Position numbers and translations under genes: made by a program. A stretch of DNA of 64,000 nt from Octopus vulgaris. Taxonomy: Eukaryota. The stretch lies in the NCBI GenBank assembly GCA_951406725.2, contig OX597820.1, positions 31,372,001-31,436,000 on the forward strand, read 5' to 3'. The notes below the pieces were generated by a model. It made no database searches and was not told where the DNA came from. It worked only from the letters and a program-made list of their open reading frames with translations. Below are positions 10,808 through 23,719 of this stretch, piece after piece; within the stretch, counting starts at the first letter, position 1, and every line of letters begins with the position of its first letter.

Positions 10808-11192
10808 TCATCATCATCATCATCATCGTTTAGCGTCCGTTTTCCATGCTAGCATAGGTTGGACGGTTCAACTGGGGTCTGTGAAGCCGGAAGGCTTCAT
10901 CAGGCCTAGTCAGATCTGGCAGTGTTTCTACGGCTGGATGCCCTTCCTAATGCCAACCACTCCGTGAGTGTAGTGGGTGCTTTTTACGTGCCACCCGCAC
11001 AGGTGCCAGACAGAGCTGGCAAACGGCCATGAAAGGATGGTGCTTTTTATGTGCCACCGGCACGGGGGCCAGGCGAGGCTGGCAACGGACACAAACGGAC
11101 GGTGCTTTTTACGTGCCACCGGCACTGGTAACACATCTGCAATTTCCATTGATCGATTTCGATTCTGATCCTCACTTACCTCAACAGGTCTT
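10808..11192 (-). mobile_element. RTE LINE 3' tail
   Basis: (CAT)n followed by cgtttagcgtccgttttccatgctagc; three gtgctttttacgtgccacc-like motifs. Confidence 0.8.
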
Positions 11193-11193
11193 C

Positions 11194-11224
<31 letters not shown>

Positions 11225-11259
11225 TATATATATATATATACATACATATATACACACAC

Positions 11260-11314
<55 letters not shown>

Positions 11315-11374
11315 CATGTGGATGTGTGCATATATATATATATATACATGTGGATGTGTGCATATATATATATA

Positions 11375-11607
11375 TCATCATCATCATCATCGTTTAACGT
11401 CCGTTTTCCGCGCTAGCACGGGTTGGACGGTTTCGACCGGGGTCTGGGGAGCTCGGGACTGCCCCAGGCTCCAGTCTAGTCTGGCAGTGTTTCTACAGCT
11501 GGATGCCCTTCCTAACGCCAACCACTCCGCGAGTGTAGTGGGTGTTTTTTACGTGCCACCTGCACAGGTGCCAGAGGGGTCTGGCATCGGCCACGTTCGG
11601 ATGGTGC

Positions 11608-11608
<1 letters not shown>
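11375..11608 (-). mobile_element. RTE LINE 3' tail
   Basis: Same family as 10808-11192. Confidence 0.8.
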
Positions 11609-11641
<33 letters not shown>

Positions 11642-11697
11642 GTACTTGCATGCATATATATATATGTATACATATATATACACACGTGCATATATAT

Positions 11698-11738
<41 letters not shown>

Positions 11739-12006
11739 TATATATACACACACATATACATACATGCATATATATATATATGTGTGTATGATGGACTCTC
11801 TTATTGGTTTTGATGTATGAGGATCTGACAACCGACACTTACTTTGTCAGCCATAATGCTTATGTCAAATGTAACATTTCAGTCTCACCAGCGATTTGCA
11901 AAGAAGCCCACAGATGTTGCAAGTGGTACATTTGCAGCCACTTTTCTCCTTTGCCTTGCATTTCTTAGCCTGTTAATACTGGTTGAAACAATATATATAT
12001 ATACAT

Positions 12007-12376
12007 ATGAGGCAGTGCTGAATGGTTCCTAGGTTTAAGGGTATCATGGACGGCCTGGTTGGAGGCCCAGCCTTCTGAGTTCTTTTTACAGGGCTTAGAA
12101 AAACTGAAGGACCACTGCAATTAGTGTGTGTATCTCAGAGGAAAATATCATCATCATCATCGTCGCTTAGCGTCCGCTTTCCATGCTAGCATGGGTTGCA
12201 CGGTTCAACTGGGGTCTGGAAGGCCAGAAGGCTGCACCAGGCCCAGTCTGATTTGGCAATGTTTCTACGGCTGGATGCCCTTCCTAACTCCAATATGTTG
12301 GATAAAAATCATAATTAACTAATCTTTCTGTATTTTCTTTTATCCAAATCCAAGAACTTTTCAGCACCCCCTTGTA
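12007..12376. mobile_element. Mariner-derived MITE interrupted by an RTE-tail insertion (12149-12291)
   Basis: Colinear with the intact MITE at 28642-28860. The insertion is flanked by a duplicated AATAT (12144-12148 and 12292-12296). Confidence 0.75.
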
Positions 12377-12407
<31 letters not shown>

Positions 12408-13857
12408 GAGACATTTCTTATTATATAACTCAGACCCTCCTTCAGTAGAATTCTCAATATTCTGATGTAGGTCTAAGACATAGCTGAAACAGAGGCTGAT
12501 TCACTTGCAGAGGCATGATTATTTAGAAAGTGTGTAAGTGTGTGTGTGTGTGTTTGTGTGTATGTGTTAAAGTGAATGCTAGTGTACTTGATGTAGTTGT
12601 GCAAGAAATTTTAATTAAAATGACAGCTATAGAGATGAGACCATTCGTTGTTCAAATGATTAAATCTGGGGTGGGGAAGTGAAAAAGACTGGGGAGATAA
12701 CCTCAGATTTAATTAAGTTAATTAGGTAAGAAGTGCAGTTACAATAGAGTGGCAATTCCAGATATGTTTCAGTGTTATAAGACCACATCAGTAAAACTGA
12801 TACTGTAAATATTAGATAACTAGTACCATGTTCAATAAATTGAACATATTGAGGTGGCGAGCTGGAAGAAATGTTAGCACACTAGGCAAAATGCCTGTCT
12901 TTATGTTCTGAGTTCAAATTCCACCACCTTTCACACTTGCTTCAGTCATTGGATTACAGCCATACTGGGGTACCACAAATCAACCCCAGTACTTAATATT
13001 ATGTCTGGTACTTATTATGTTGGTGTTTTTTATTGAACAACTATTTAATGGTTACTGAGCACCAGATATACTACAGAAATAAAACAATAGAATTAGGGCC
13101 AGCATCACATGTTGTGATGCAACAAAGCATTTAATAACATCATGTTATTGAGCCGAGAGAGAGCTAAAAAATCAATACTGACCTTGGCAGGAATTGAACT
13201 CAGAATGTCAGAACAAATCCTGTAAGGCAGAGACTCTATCTGATGATCAAAAGACTCTGCCAGTTTGCCACCTTATTCTGGCCACACATTTAGTTAAATA
13301 ACACACATCAACATTAAATTGCTCAATAAGGAAGTGAGCTGGCCAAAGATTAGCATGCCACGCCAAATTTTTATTGGCATTTTGTTAGTTTTTATGTTCT
13401 GAGTTCAAATTCCACCAAGGTTGACTTTGCCTTTTATCCTCTTGGGGCCGTTAAAATAAGTACCAGTTGATATAATCAATATACTATCCTTCCTCGAAAT
13501 TGCTGGCCTTGTGCCAAAATTTGAAGCCAACATTAAATTTCTCAACTGACTATCTAGTTGCTTGTTGAACCAAACATGTATAAATCTAAGGGATGTAACC
13601 ATAACAGTCCCATGCAGACAACATTTTAGTTTCACAGTCATCATGTGTGTAATTTTAACCAATCAGAAATTTTATACCATCAAAAATGTTATCCAATCAG
13701 AAACTCATAGTTCGTTGGAGAGTAGGGTGGGGAAGTGATAGTTTCAGCTAAGCAAGTGAAACTTTGTTCCAGTTCACTGGTTTTCTCTTAAGTTATTCAT
13801 TTAATACCATATTAGTCAAATAGTTGTTCAATCTTCTTCTTCTTCTCTCACTTGCAG

Positions 13858-13862
13858 CTATG
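13858..13862 (+). other. Candidate 5-nt micro-exon CTATG
   Basis: tcttcttcttcttctctcacttgcag|CTATG|gtaagc: strong acceptor and donor back to back in unique sequence. Confidence 0.4.
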
Positions 13863-14912
13863 GTAAGCTACACTCCCTCCCATCCCCCCTCTTTCTTCCC
13901 TTAGCTAGACATTAGCCTTGGCCTAACCTCGACAGGATACCTTTAACAATTCTAAATAAATGCACATTTAGCTGACGCTTCTCTTGGCTGATGGCCTTTT
14001 ATCAGCTTCCAGATATTCTCCAATTACAGTGACATGCAACATTTTCCACACACAGTAACAAACTGACTTTGTAAAGCACAAAAAAAAAAAAAATATATAT
14101 ATATATATTAATGTACATTTTCCATAAAACATTTTTACAATATAAATCTCTTTAACTTATCGATGTATATTTTCACAAACACAATTATGTAAACTTTACC
14201 TTGATTGATGTTGTAAAACAAGAACTGATGCTTTTCACTGTAGTCATTTCAGTGTCATATTCTATGTTTGAAGTCTGTTTTTACTTAACCTACATTTACA
14301 AAACCCATACTCTATAATTATTATTGCATAATTTTACAAACAAGATCTGTTGACATCTATTTTTGTTGGTATTTAGGAAACAAGGAATAAAAATTATAGG
14401 CAACCGATTTTTCCTGTTATATGCATAATCATTTAATTTCCTAAATACCCTAATTACAGTGAGTATGTATGAAAGATAGAGAATTATAGAGAGATAGAGA
14501 AAGAGAAAGAGAGTTTATATACATCATCATTGTTTCAATATCTATGTTTCCATGCTTGCATGGGTCAGAAAGAATTCATTGAAGCAGATTTCTTTTATGG
14601 CCGAATGCTCTTCCTGTCACCTACCTTCACCTGTTTCCAAGAAGGGTAATATTTTTCTTAGTACTTCAAACATGAACAGTACAATGGTCAAAATAAACAA
14701 CATTGCTTTATGGCAATCACTGTTTACAATTTGTGTGCAATGACAAGGCAAGGAAACACACACGCATTCATGCATACAAGATTTCTCTCGGTTTTCATCT
14801 ATTAACTCCACTCACAAGGCTTTAATCAGCTCATAGTTGTAGAGGAAGATGCATACCCAAGTTGCCACATGGTTACAATGTCAATTTCCTAAATACACAA
14901 CCATGCTTGCAC

Positions 14913-14950
<38 letters not shown>

Positions 14951-15052
14951 ATCTATATTGTTTATATTGTATTATTGTGTATATATATATATGTAAGAAT
15001 ATGAGTGTGTATGCACACATATTTATATTTATATGTAAATTTTTTTCATACT

Positions 15053-15182
15053 TGCATTAAATTCTCTGAAGAGGCCGTGAGATATTCTTGTTAATGTCTC
15101 ATTTATACCTGCTTTATATGGCTAATAGGTTAAATGGGACATACCTGTCTTCACGGCCGAAACAGCTGTCAGCTACAATGTA
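15053..15182 (+). ncRNA. Solitary type I hammerhead ribozyme within a TA-flanked element (about 14995-15335)
   Basis: CTGAAGA 15066-15072. 8-bp stem II GGCCGTGA/TCACGGCC (15073-15080/15151-15158). GAAA 15159-15162. Palindromic ACAGCTGT. GUC ends at 15170. Proximal stem I is only CT/AG. Confidence 0.72.
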
Positions 15183-15332
15183 AATGTATTTCTATTTCTA
15201 TGTCTTGTTATATTTGTACTATATTAATGTATAATATCATTGCTATTGTGTAATGGTTTAATAAAGTATTGATTGGGTATTATCTGATGGTTGATGATTG
15301 ATTTAGATATATTTCTCCATTTTCTCATTTTG

Positions 15333-15390
<58 letters not shown>

Positions 15391-15392
<2 letters not shown>

Positions 15393-15726
15393 GAGACTTT
15401 CTTCGGTCACGACACAGATCATGGGATTGCACCTAGAAAGTTACCCTCCCAGGCACAAGTTCGGGCAAGGTTGTTTATGGAAGACCAGCAGTCACCCATG
15501 CATACAAGCCTCCCCTCTCCATGCCACCAATGTTATCCAAGGGAAAGGCAAAGGCCGATACAGCTTGGCACCTGTGACGTCGCAACTCATTTCTACAGCC
15601 GAGTGAACTAGAGCAATGTGAAATAAAGGGTCTTGCTCAAGAACACAACACACAGCTTGGTCCAGGATTCGAGCTCACAGCCTCACAATCGTAAGCTCGA
15701 CGCTCTAACCACTGAGCCATGCGCCA
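15391..15726 (-). mobile_element. tRNA-derived SINE family C, full-length
   Basis: Minus-strand head ggcgcatggctcagtggttagagcgtcgagcttacgat...ctcgaatcctgg has A and B boxes and an ACG in the anticodon-like loop. Confidence 0.85.
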
Positions 15727-18261
15727 TCATATATATATATATATATATATATCAGAATAGGCTATAACAGATGAATAAAGCAAAATGTACTCTTACATAC
15801 TCTATGCTTCTATGCTGATAATTATGCATAACTATAATTGCAATCATTGTTGTAATATTATGTAAGAGTTGCTAAAATATCAAAATATCACTGATATTAG
15901 TGTGTGTGTGTGTATTGTTTATAAAATTACTCATGTATGTAGAGTGATTCCATCTCCACATTTGAGTCCATTAACCAGGTGAAAGATTTAGCAACAGGAA
16001 TTTAAGTTAAAAGATAGCGAGCAACTAACAGAAGAAAAGATCAATAATTCTGTTTCTATATGGAAGATTGTGATGATTACCAATATTTTATCATTGCCTG
16101 GAACTGGATTATGTAATATTTTTGCTCGTTATATCCATTACAGTTAGAAATATACTAGATCACCACCTTCAATGTATTTTGCTCTTAGTATTCCTTAGGT
16201 AGCTAATTGTATTGAATACAACATCCCATGTTTAGCACATAATAATGAATATATATGTATAAATCATTAACCAGTATACACTGTAAGCATTGCATTCAAC
16301 AAACAGTAAAATACCATAAACATTATATATCAATAAACAGAATATACTATAAATAGAAATGGAAAATGCCTAAGGAACTTGTAGATTGTGCAACAATTAA
16401 TGTTAGTCCCCCATGCACACTAATTTAATTACTCTTTCACATATAGGAATAACTACCAATTCTTTTAAAAGTGGCTTTACCCAACACAAACACTCATTTC
16501 ATAACCCGAGGAGGAGGCGGGAGATCTATCTATGCTAATTGTTTTAGTAATTTGGTTGAAAAATGTAGATAGGGAATAAAAAGATTCTATAAATACTAAT
16601 TTATTGTAGGTAAACAAGGATTGTATTTGAGTTTGGGTATATTATTTATGCCTATATTTGAAACCCTAAAAGTCATTTAAATTTGAAACTTAATGGGATT
16701 TAATATTGGAAGGAGGTGGTCATAGGTAGTTATGGTGGGAAGGGCACATCAAAAAGGGATATATGTGTGGAAAAAAATAGGTAGCTATGATGAGAAGGGA
16801 ATGTGTGTATGTGTGTGTGTATGTGTGTGCCAGTTATTACTTACATGTGTGTGTATATGTGGGTGGAAAGGGGTCCGTAGAATTCTTAGCATGGCGATTT
16901 GTCAATGTACATATGGGTAGTCGAAATTTGCAAGTTTTAAACCTTAAATAGAAGGAATGCACAAAATAAGCAAAACAAGAAATTGAATGTTAAAGACTTA
17001 AAGGTCTTAAATACTATATCTCCAACAGATCAGCCAAAATATATCTAATTATTTATTACTGCATTAACATAAATTTAAGTTCATTACAAGGTAAATACCA
17101 AGCTAAGAAACTTGCAGATTGACCAATAGTTAATACTACTCTTCTGATTTATTTTCCTTTCATAAATAGATATTAACTATCAATTCTTTAGAAATTGTTT
17201 GACCCAACACAAACACTCTTTTGCAAACACAAATAAGAAAATCACTGCCTCTTTATCCACATTTATATGGCCTTAAAACCTTCTAGTAACCCCAACAATA
17301 TATTTTGGAAAACCTTATCACATGCTAAACAATACCAATATATTTCTTTTAATTGCTGTCTTTGTACCACAGAATCTTTTGAAAACATATTTTCCAAACA
17401 AAAATACCAAATCTTTTAAAATCTGATATTTTTCTGCCAGCATCTGGCATAATAGAACAGTAAAATATTATAAACCCACTGATGTCACTATCAGGTATAC
17501 TTATATTATGTATAATGTTCTTCAATTATATTTAAATTTATATGATTACAATATTTGAAAACATTTTCTGTAGCATGTAAAAAAAAACCCAGTACCATTA
17601 GGTGATTGTGAAGAGATAGTATATCTATGCTTTTTCATGTTAATCTTTATTTCTACTAGTGTAACTAGCATACTCATTTAAAAAGTTAAACATTCAGGAG
17701 AAATTTTTCAACTCTAAAGCAGTTTAGTAATGTTTTATACTCAAATGAATACACACACACATACATGCACGCACACACATACACATGCACGCACACACAT
17801 ACACACATACACACACACACATACATACACAAGCATACACACACACACATTCATTTAATAATGCAATTGGAAATGGGTTTGAAGGTATTCAGCTGTAGAA
17901 ACCATGCCAAAAAGATCATAGAGCTTGGCACAGCCTTCTGGCTTGCCAGCTCTTGTCAAACTGTCCAACCCATGCCAGCATGGAAAACATGGAAAATGAT
18001 GATGATGATGATGACGCCGATGATGATACCTGATTCACTTACAAAGTTACTGAATCATTAGCCAAAAATTTAATGCAACTAACTGCCCAGAAAGATATCA
18101 TCATTTAATTGTATGTAATTGTCATTGTCTCTAGTGATATCTGACAAAATATTTATGCTGCCACACTAGGGATATACTTACATATCTGTTTTGGTTATTA
18201 GTGAGGCTTGTACTGTTGTGTTTTTCGTATGTATTTTCTCCATGTACAAATATGTTATATA

Positions 18262-18645
18262 TTCAAGTACGTCAACATCAACATCAAAATAAAAAACAAA
18301 TGGAAATTGTAGTTGTGATACCCATGCTGGTGGCACGTAAAAAGCACCATCTGAACATGGCTGATGCCAGCGCCACCTGACTGGCATCTGTGTTGGTAAC
18401 ATGTAAAAAGCATCAACTGATCGTGGCCGTTTGCCAGCCTCCTCTGGCCCCTGTGCCAGTGGCACATAAAAAGCACCCACTACACTCATGGAGTGGTTGG
18501 CGTTAGGAAGGGCATCCAGCTGTAGAAACACTGACAGATCAGATTGGAGCCTGGCACAGCCTCCTGGCTTCCCAGACCCCGGTTGAACCGTCCAACCCAT
18601 GCTAGCATGGAAAACGGACTTTAAACGATGATGGTGATGATGATG
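18262..18645 (+). mobile_element. RTE LINE 3' tail
   Basis: Same family as 49888-50460; ends in (GAT)n. Confidence 0.8.
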
Positions 18646-19454
18646 ATACACATAGAAAATCATGACATATATGACGATGTATTTATGTAAGTTTATACCT
18701 GAGTGTAGTCCCTACAATGTTTTAGTGTAACTTCTATAATAATAAACGTGAAATTCTGTCTTTCCAGGGTCTCTGTATCTCAGTCTGCATTTGTTCTATG
18801 TAGACATATTATAACCTTTTTGGAATCATGATGATTCTGGAATTGAAAGTCTGCCCTTCATTTGGTTCTTGAACATCCAACATTGGGATCTGATTCAAAA
18901 GCATTTGGATTGCTATTTCTAGCAGGTAAAGCTTGGCTGATTCATGCCATCTTGGTTGGCATTCGTCAAAAGACATCAGAAATCAAGAGAGAGATAAATG
19001 ACATTCACTTCTTTAATTTTACATTGAGATAAGAACTTTGGGACAAATTGGCCAACAGTTGGAATTCAACTTGGGTCTTGAACAATAGAACAATTGCATT
19101 ACAGAATTAATTCTCATCCATCCTTAACCACTGATCAAACTCCACCAGGACATATAGTCATTATATATTACTGTCATGCTATTTAGCTCTCTTTAGTTTT
19201 AGGCTGCAGTTCCAATTAGCCCTCCACAGGAGCTTGCTTAAATGTCTGCACAGAGTGTGGCTTTTAAGCAAGTAACTATATGTAAATCAAATTTGTACAT
19301 TACTAGCTATAAAATATATTGTTTAACTAGAATTATATCTTAGTTTTTAGATATAAATATTTAATTGTGATTATTATCTTAAATCAAGTTTAAGAAAAAC
19401 AACAGAACAGTTACTGATTAGCAGATGTAATACTGAGAGTGGAATCAGATTTAT

Positions 19455-19838
19455 TACTCTTTTACTTGTTTCAGTCATTTGACTGTGACCATGCTGGAGC
19501 ACCACCTTTAGTCAAGCAAATCGACCCCAGGACTTATTCTTTGGAAGCCTAGTACTTATTCTATCGGTCTCTTTTGCCGAACCGCTAAGTTACGGGGACG
19601 TAAACACACCAGCATCAGTTGTCAAGTGATGTTGGGGGGGAAAAACACAGACACACAAACACATACATATATACCTATATATACATATATACGACAGGCT
19701 TCTTTCAGTTTCCGTCTACCAAATCCACTCACAAGGCTTTGGTCAGCCCGAGGCTATAGTAGAATACACTTGCCCAAGGTGCCACGTAGTGGGACTGAAC
19801 CCAGAACCATGTGGTTTGTAAGCAAGCTACTTACCACA
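19455..19838 (-). mobile_element. SINE family A
   Basis: Abundant element with tRNA-like head (ggttcagtcccact), central microsatellite and gactgaaacaagtaaaagagta tail. Confidence 0.85.
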
Positions 19839-20404
19839 TGACAGAAACTTTTAAGTTTTGCCGAACAACTTATCTAGTCAGGCATGATTATATGCATATA
19901 TGATTCAACATGTTACACATTTGTATCATATCTGTTTACATATGGAGGTATCTATATATGATATATACTATCATCATCTTTAGTGTCCATCTTCCATTCT
20001 GGCAAGGGTTGAATGGTTTAACAGGATCCAATGGATCAGAGGCCTGCGTTGCACTCCAGTATCTGCTAAGGCAAGGCTCCTGCAACTAGATAACCTTCTT
20101 AATGCCAACCACTTTACTGTGCACTGGGTGTGTTTTCCATGACTCCAGCACTAGTAAGGTTGCTATAAATTTTGCAAGACTTAGTTCCCTTTTGGTTGAG
20201 TGGGGCTACTGGAAACAGAGAGACAGATTCATGCAAGGCGATGAGAAGTTAAAATATGGGAAGAGGAGGTTAGGGCAGCTTTCTTACAGTAGAGGAGTTA
20301 CATAATTACTTGCATCTTGAAAGAGTGGGTTGGGGTAATGGAGATGGAGCTGCAAAGAGAGATAAAGACAGTGGTGACAAGGTGTTAGGTATTTTCAGAG
20401 AGAG

Positions 20405-20490
<86 letters not shown>

Positions 20491-21004
20491 AAGAGAGAGA
20501 GAGAAAGTGCAGGTATGTATTTGATTGAGAATAGATTTTTCATGAACTGAAGGGAAAAAACTTTTTTTTTTCATAATTTATTTTTTTTTATGCCAACAAC
20601 TTGTAGATGCAAGTGCTACCAGTTGAAAGTTCAGCATGCTGGATGCTAGCAAGCTTAAGAAGTCATCAAGAGAGAATGTTATGTGTGTGTGTGTATAGGT
20701 TATTGTGCATGTGTATATGAAATTCTGAGATATTTTTCTCTTCCCATTATCGTCTCCTTTTTAATTTTACTCAATAACTCCTCCTTCCTGTCATTTGCTT
20801 TTCTTTCTCCCTCTGTCTTCCTTTCATTACTTCCTCACTTTTTCTCTCATGTCTACTCCTGTCAATCTCCACTCCAACTTACCTAGCACAACTACACCTT
20901 TCACTCTCTCCATCCTGTTTGAAGTTACTTCTCTTTCTTCTGAACCCCTTCCCCCTACTATTACTTGTTAATAGGACAAAATAGAAATTAATATATATAT
21001 ATTC

Positions 21005-21201
21005 TATCATTCACCACGATAGATCGTTAGCCACTACACATTCTATATTTTTTCTCTTTATTTCCTCTCCTTGTTTCTTTTTGTGTTCCCTTCTGTGGAA
21101 GAGCGCAAGCTCAAAACGTTAAAGACTTTTTCACTTCCTGAGTGTTATACTAATACATCTGTTGTCTACACCAACTGTCTTCAGCTTTTTTTGTGAATTC
21201 T

Positions 21202-21203
<2 letters not shown>
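21005..21203 (+). mobile_element. Penelope-pLTR-like fragment with a degenerate minimal hammerhead (21089-21124)
   Basis: CCTT CTGTGGA A GAGC gcaa GCTC AAAA CG TT AAAG. Inverted homologue of 21461-21574. Confidence 0.45.
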
Positions 21204-21241
<38 letters not shown>

Positions 21242-21402
21242 GCAGGAGTGGCTGTGTGGTAAGTAGCTTGCTTACCAACCACATGGTTCCAGGTTTAGTC
21301 TCATTGCATGGCATCTTGAGCATGTATCTTCTACTATAACTTTGGGCTGACCAAAGCCTTGTGAGTGGATTTGGTAGATGTAAACTGAAAGAAGCCCATT
21401 GC

Positions 21403-21462
<60 letters not shown>

Positions 21463-21527
21463 GTATGAAGACAGGTATGTAAACAACAAACAGATGTATT
21501 AGTTTAACACTTGGGAAGTGAGAAAGT

Positions 21528-21563
21528 CTTTTACGTTTCGAGCCTATGCTCTTCAACAGAAAG
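21528..21563 (-). ncRNA. Minimal variant hammerhead-like motif
   Basis: Minus strand CTTT CTGTTGA A GAGC atag GCTC GAAA CG TA AAAG. Stems I and II pair and stem III is the palindrome ACGT. The core has U instead of A at position 6 and an extra A. Confidence 0.5.
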
Positions 21564-21686
21564 GAACACAGAAATATGTATGCATATGTGTGTATATGTT
21601 TGTGTGTCTGTGCTTGTCCCCCGACATGCTGGTGTGTTTACATCCCAGTAACTTGGCTGTTCAGCAAAAAGAGACTGATAGAATAA

Positions 21687-21797
21687 CCCATTAAGTCCCA
21701 GAGTACCTAAATTTCTGAATATTACTTTAAAATGTGTTATAGCTTATTTAATGTTCTCATTTAGTGTCCTATTTATAGGACAGTGAGACTTAATGGG
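21687..21797. mobile_element. 111-bp piggyBac-like MITE
   Basis: TIRs cccattaagtc / gacttaatggg, CCC...GGG ends, 4-bp duplication ATAA inside the SINE sequence gatagaataagtact. Confidence 0.75.
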
Positions 21798-21965
21798 ATA
21801 AGTACTAGACATACAAAGAATAAGTAATGGGGCTAATTTGCTCAACTAAAGGCAGTGCTCCAGCATGGTCACAGTCAAATGACTGGAATAAGTGAAAGAA
21901 TGAAAGAATAAAAGAACATATATATATAACTATAAATACTCACTGAAGTTTATTATAGTATATAC

Positions 21966-21996
<31 letters not shown>

Positions 21997-22457
21997 ATTA
22001 ATTTTGTAAGAAAATAGAATCAGAATCCTATTGAAATAATAATGTAAATAGGGTGCATTAGGAAGCCCCCGCTCCTTATCCATGGTTAACATACATAATT
22101 ACACAGCTCCAGATGAGTACTTTCAACAATGCATTGTAACAATTCAAAGCATCAACAGTTAGTTTTAACAATTGTTCATATCACATGTTCTCCACACCGT
22201 GCATAAAGACAATTATGTTGTGTTTGCAATGGCTGTTGTTGTTGTTGTGAGGGTGGTGGTGGTGGTGGTGGTCATTGCTGTTATTGTTATTGTTGTTGGA
22301 ATGGTGGTGGAGGTGGTGATGAGTGGGTGAGTGAATGAGTGTGTAAAAGTTACTTTTCTCAGTAATACTTAATGCTCTTAAGACCAAATGAATGTCATTT
22401 AAACATAGGGCAACGTTAAGTGGAGTAAAACACTAGTTATTTCTATGTGTTTCTGGA

Positions 22458-22890
22458 CATCATCATCATCATCGTTTAACGTCTGTTTTCCATGCTAGCA
22501 TGGGTTGGACTGTTCAACCAGAGTCTGGGAAGCTAGGAGGCTGCACCAGGCTCCAGTCTGATCTGGCAGTGTTTCTACAACTGGATGCCCTTCTAACGCC
22601 AACCACTCCATGAGTGTAGTAGGTGCTTTTTACATGCCACCGGCACAGGGGCCAGAGGAAGCTGGCAAATGGCCACGATTGGTTGGTGCTTTTACGTATC
22701 ACCGACACAGACGCCAGTCAGGCGGCGCTGGCATCTGCCACATTCGGACGGTGCTTTTTACGTGCCACCAGCACAGGTATCTTAACTACAATTTCCATTT
22801 GATTTTCATTTTGATGTTGGTGTTAACGTACTTGACTCAATAGGTCTCCACAAGAACAGCGGGTCACACTATGATCCAAGGTTAGCACAG
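22458..22890 (-). mobile_element. RTE LINE 3' tail
   Basis: Same family as 10808-11192. Confidence 0.8.
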
Positions 22891-23719
22891 CAGGCCACAG
22901 CATTCATATTTACAAAAGCTATGGGTACACATACATTCTGAAGAACGTTAGTATGTTGCTTCATCTGGTTGGAGATGTTTCACAAATGGAAGAATGGAAG
23001 ATGATAAATTGCCCAATGATGTTCATATATAGGCACAAGCATGGCTGTGTGTGGTTTAGAAGCTCATTTTGCTACCACATTGTTTTGGGTTCAATCCCAC
23101 TGCATGGCACTTCGGACAAGTGTCTTCTACTGTAGCCCTGTGTTAATCCATGTTTGTGAGTTTATTTGGGAGATAGAAACTGTGTAGAAGCCTGTGAAAT
23201 ATATCATTGCCCTCATCATATAATGTCCAAGTTCCATGCTGGCATTGGTTGGACTTTGATGGGATCTGAGGATCCAAGGACTGCAACATGCACCACTGTT
23301 GTATGTATATGTATGTGCATGTGTGTGCATGTGTGCCTGTGTGTATGAATGTATGTGTGTGTACGTATGTGTATGCCTTTGTGTTTTCCCCCACTCCACT
23401 TGACACTGGTGTTACTTTGTTTACATCCCCATAACTTAGCAATTCAGCAAAAGACACCAGTAGAAAAAGTAGCAGACTTCAAAATAAGTACTGGGGTTCA
23501 CTTTGTTTGACTAAACACCCAAAGTGGTACACCAGCATGGCTGCAGTCCAATGACTGAAGCAAGTAAATGATAAAAGATATGCAAAGGAGGTATTTTTTT
23601 TTTCACAAGCTAACAAAGAAAGATAAGCTCCACAACAAAAATACCCCCCTCCCTAGTTTCCTCACTTTCTCCCTTTTCTGCTACAACTTATAAGTACCTC
23701 TGTTTATATGAATTACCCA

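Larger units (their letters stand above)
21241..21916 (+). mobile_element. SINE family A carrying two nested insertions
   Basis: Head 21241-21400 and tail 21575-21916, with inserts at 21461-21574 and 21687-21797. Confidence 0.8.

Noticed and set aside
12450-12500. ctgatgt...gaaac hammerhead-like string
   Set aside because: Core mismatch and no convincing stem I or III.
15650-15726. tRNA-Arg-like gene
   Set aside because: It is the head of a SINE with body and tail attached, and no proper acceptor stem is apparent.
16100-17500. Possible decayed retroelement with a GIY-YIG-like motif near 17275-17345 (minus) and a short duplicated segment (about 16449-16496 / 17173-17218)
   Set aside because: The motif needs a frameshift and stop read-through; too degenerate to support by eye.
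18768-18924. Apparent exon bounded by ttccag and gtaaag
   Set aside because: Stops in all three frames, and the 3' boundary lies in a dispersed repeat motif (gctatttctagcag) that recurs at several other sites.
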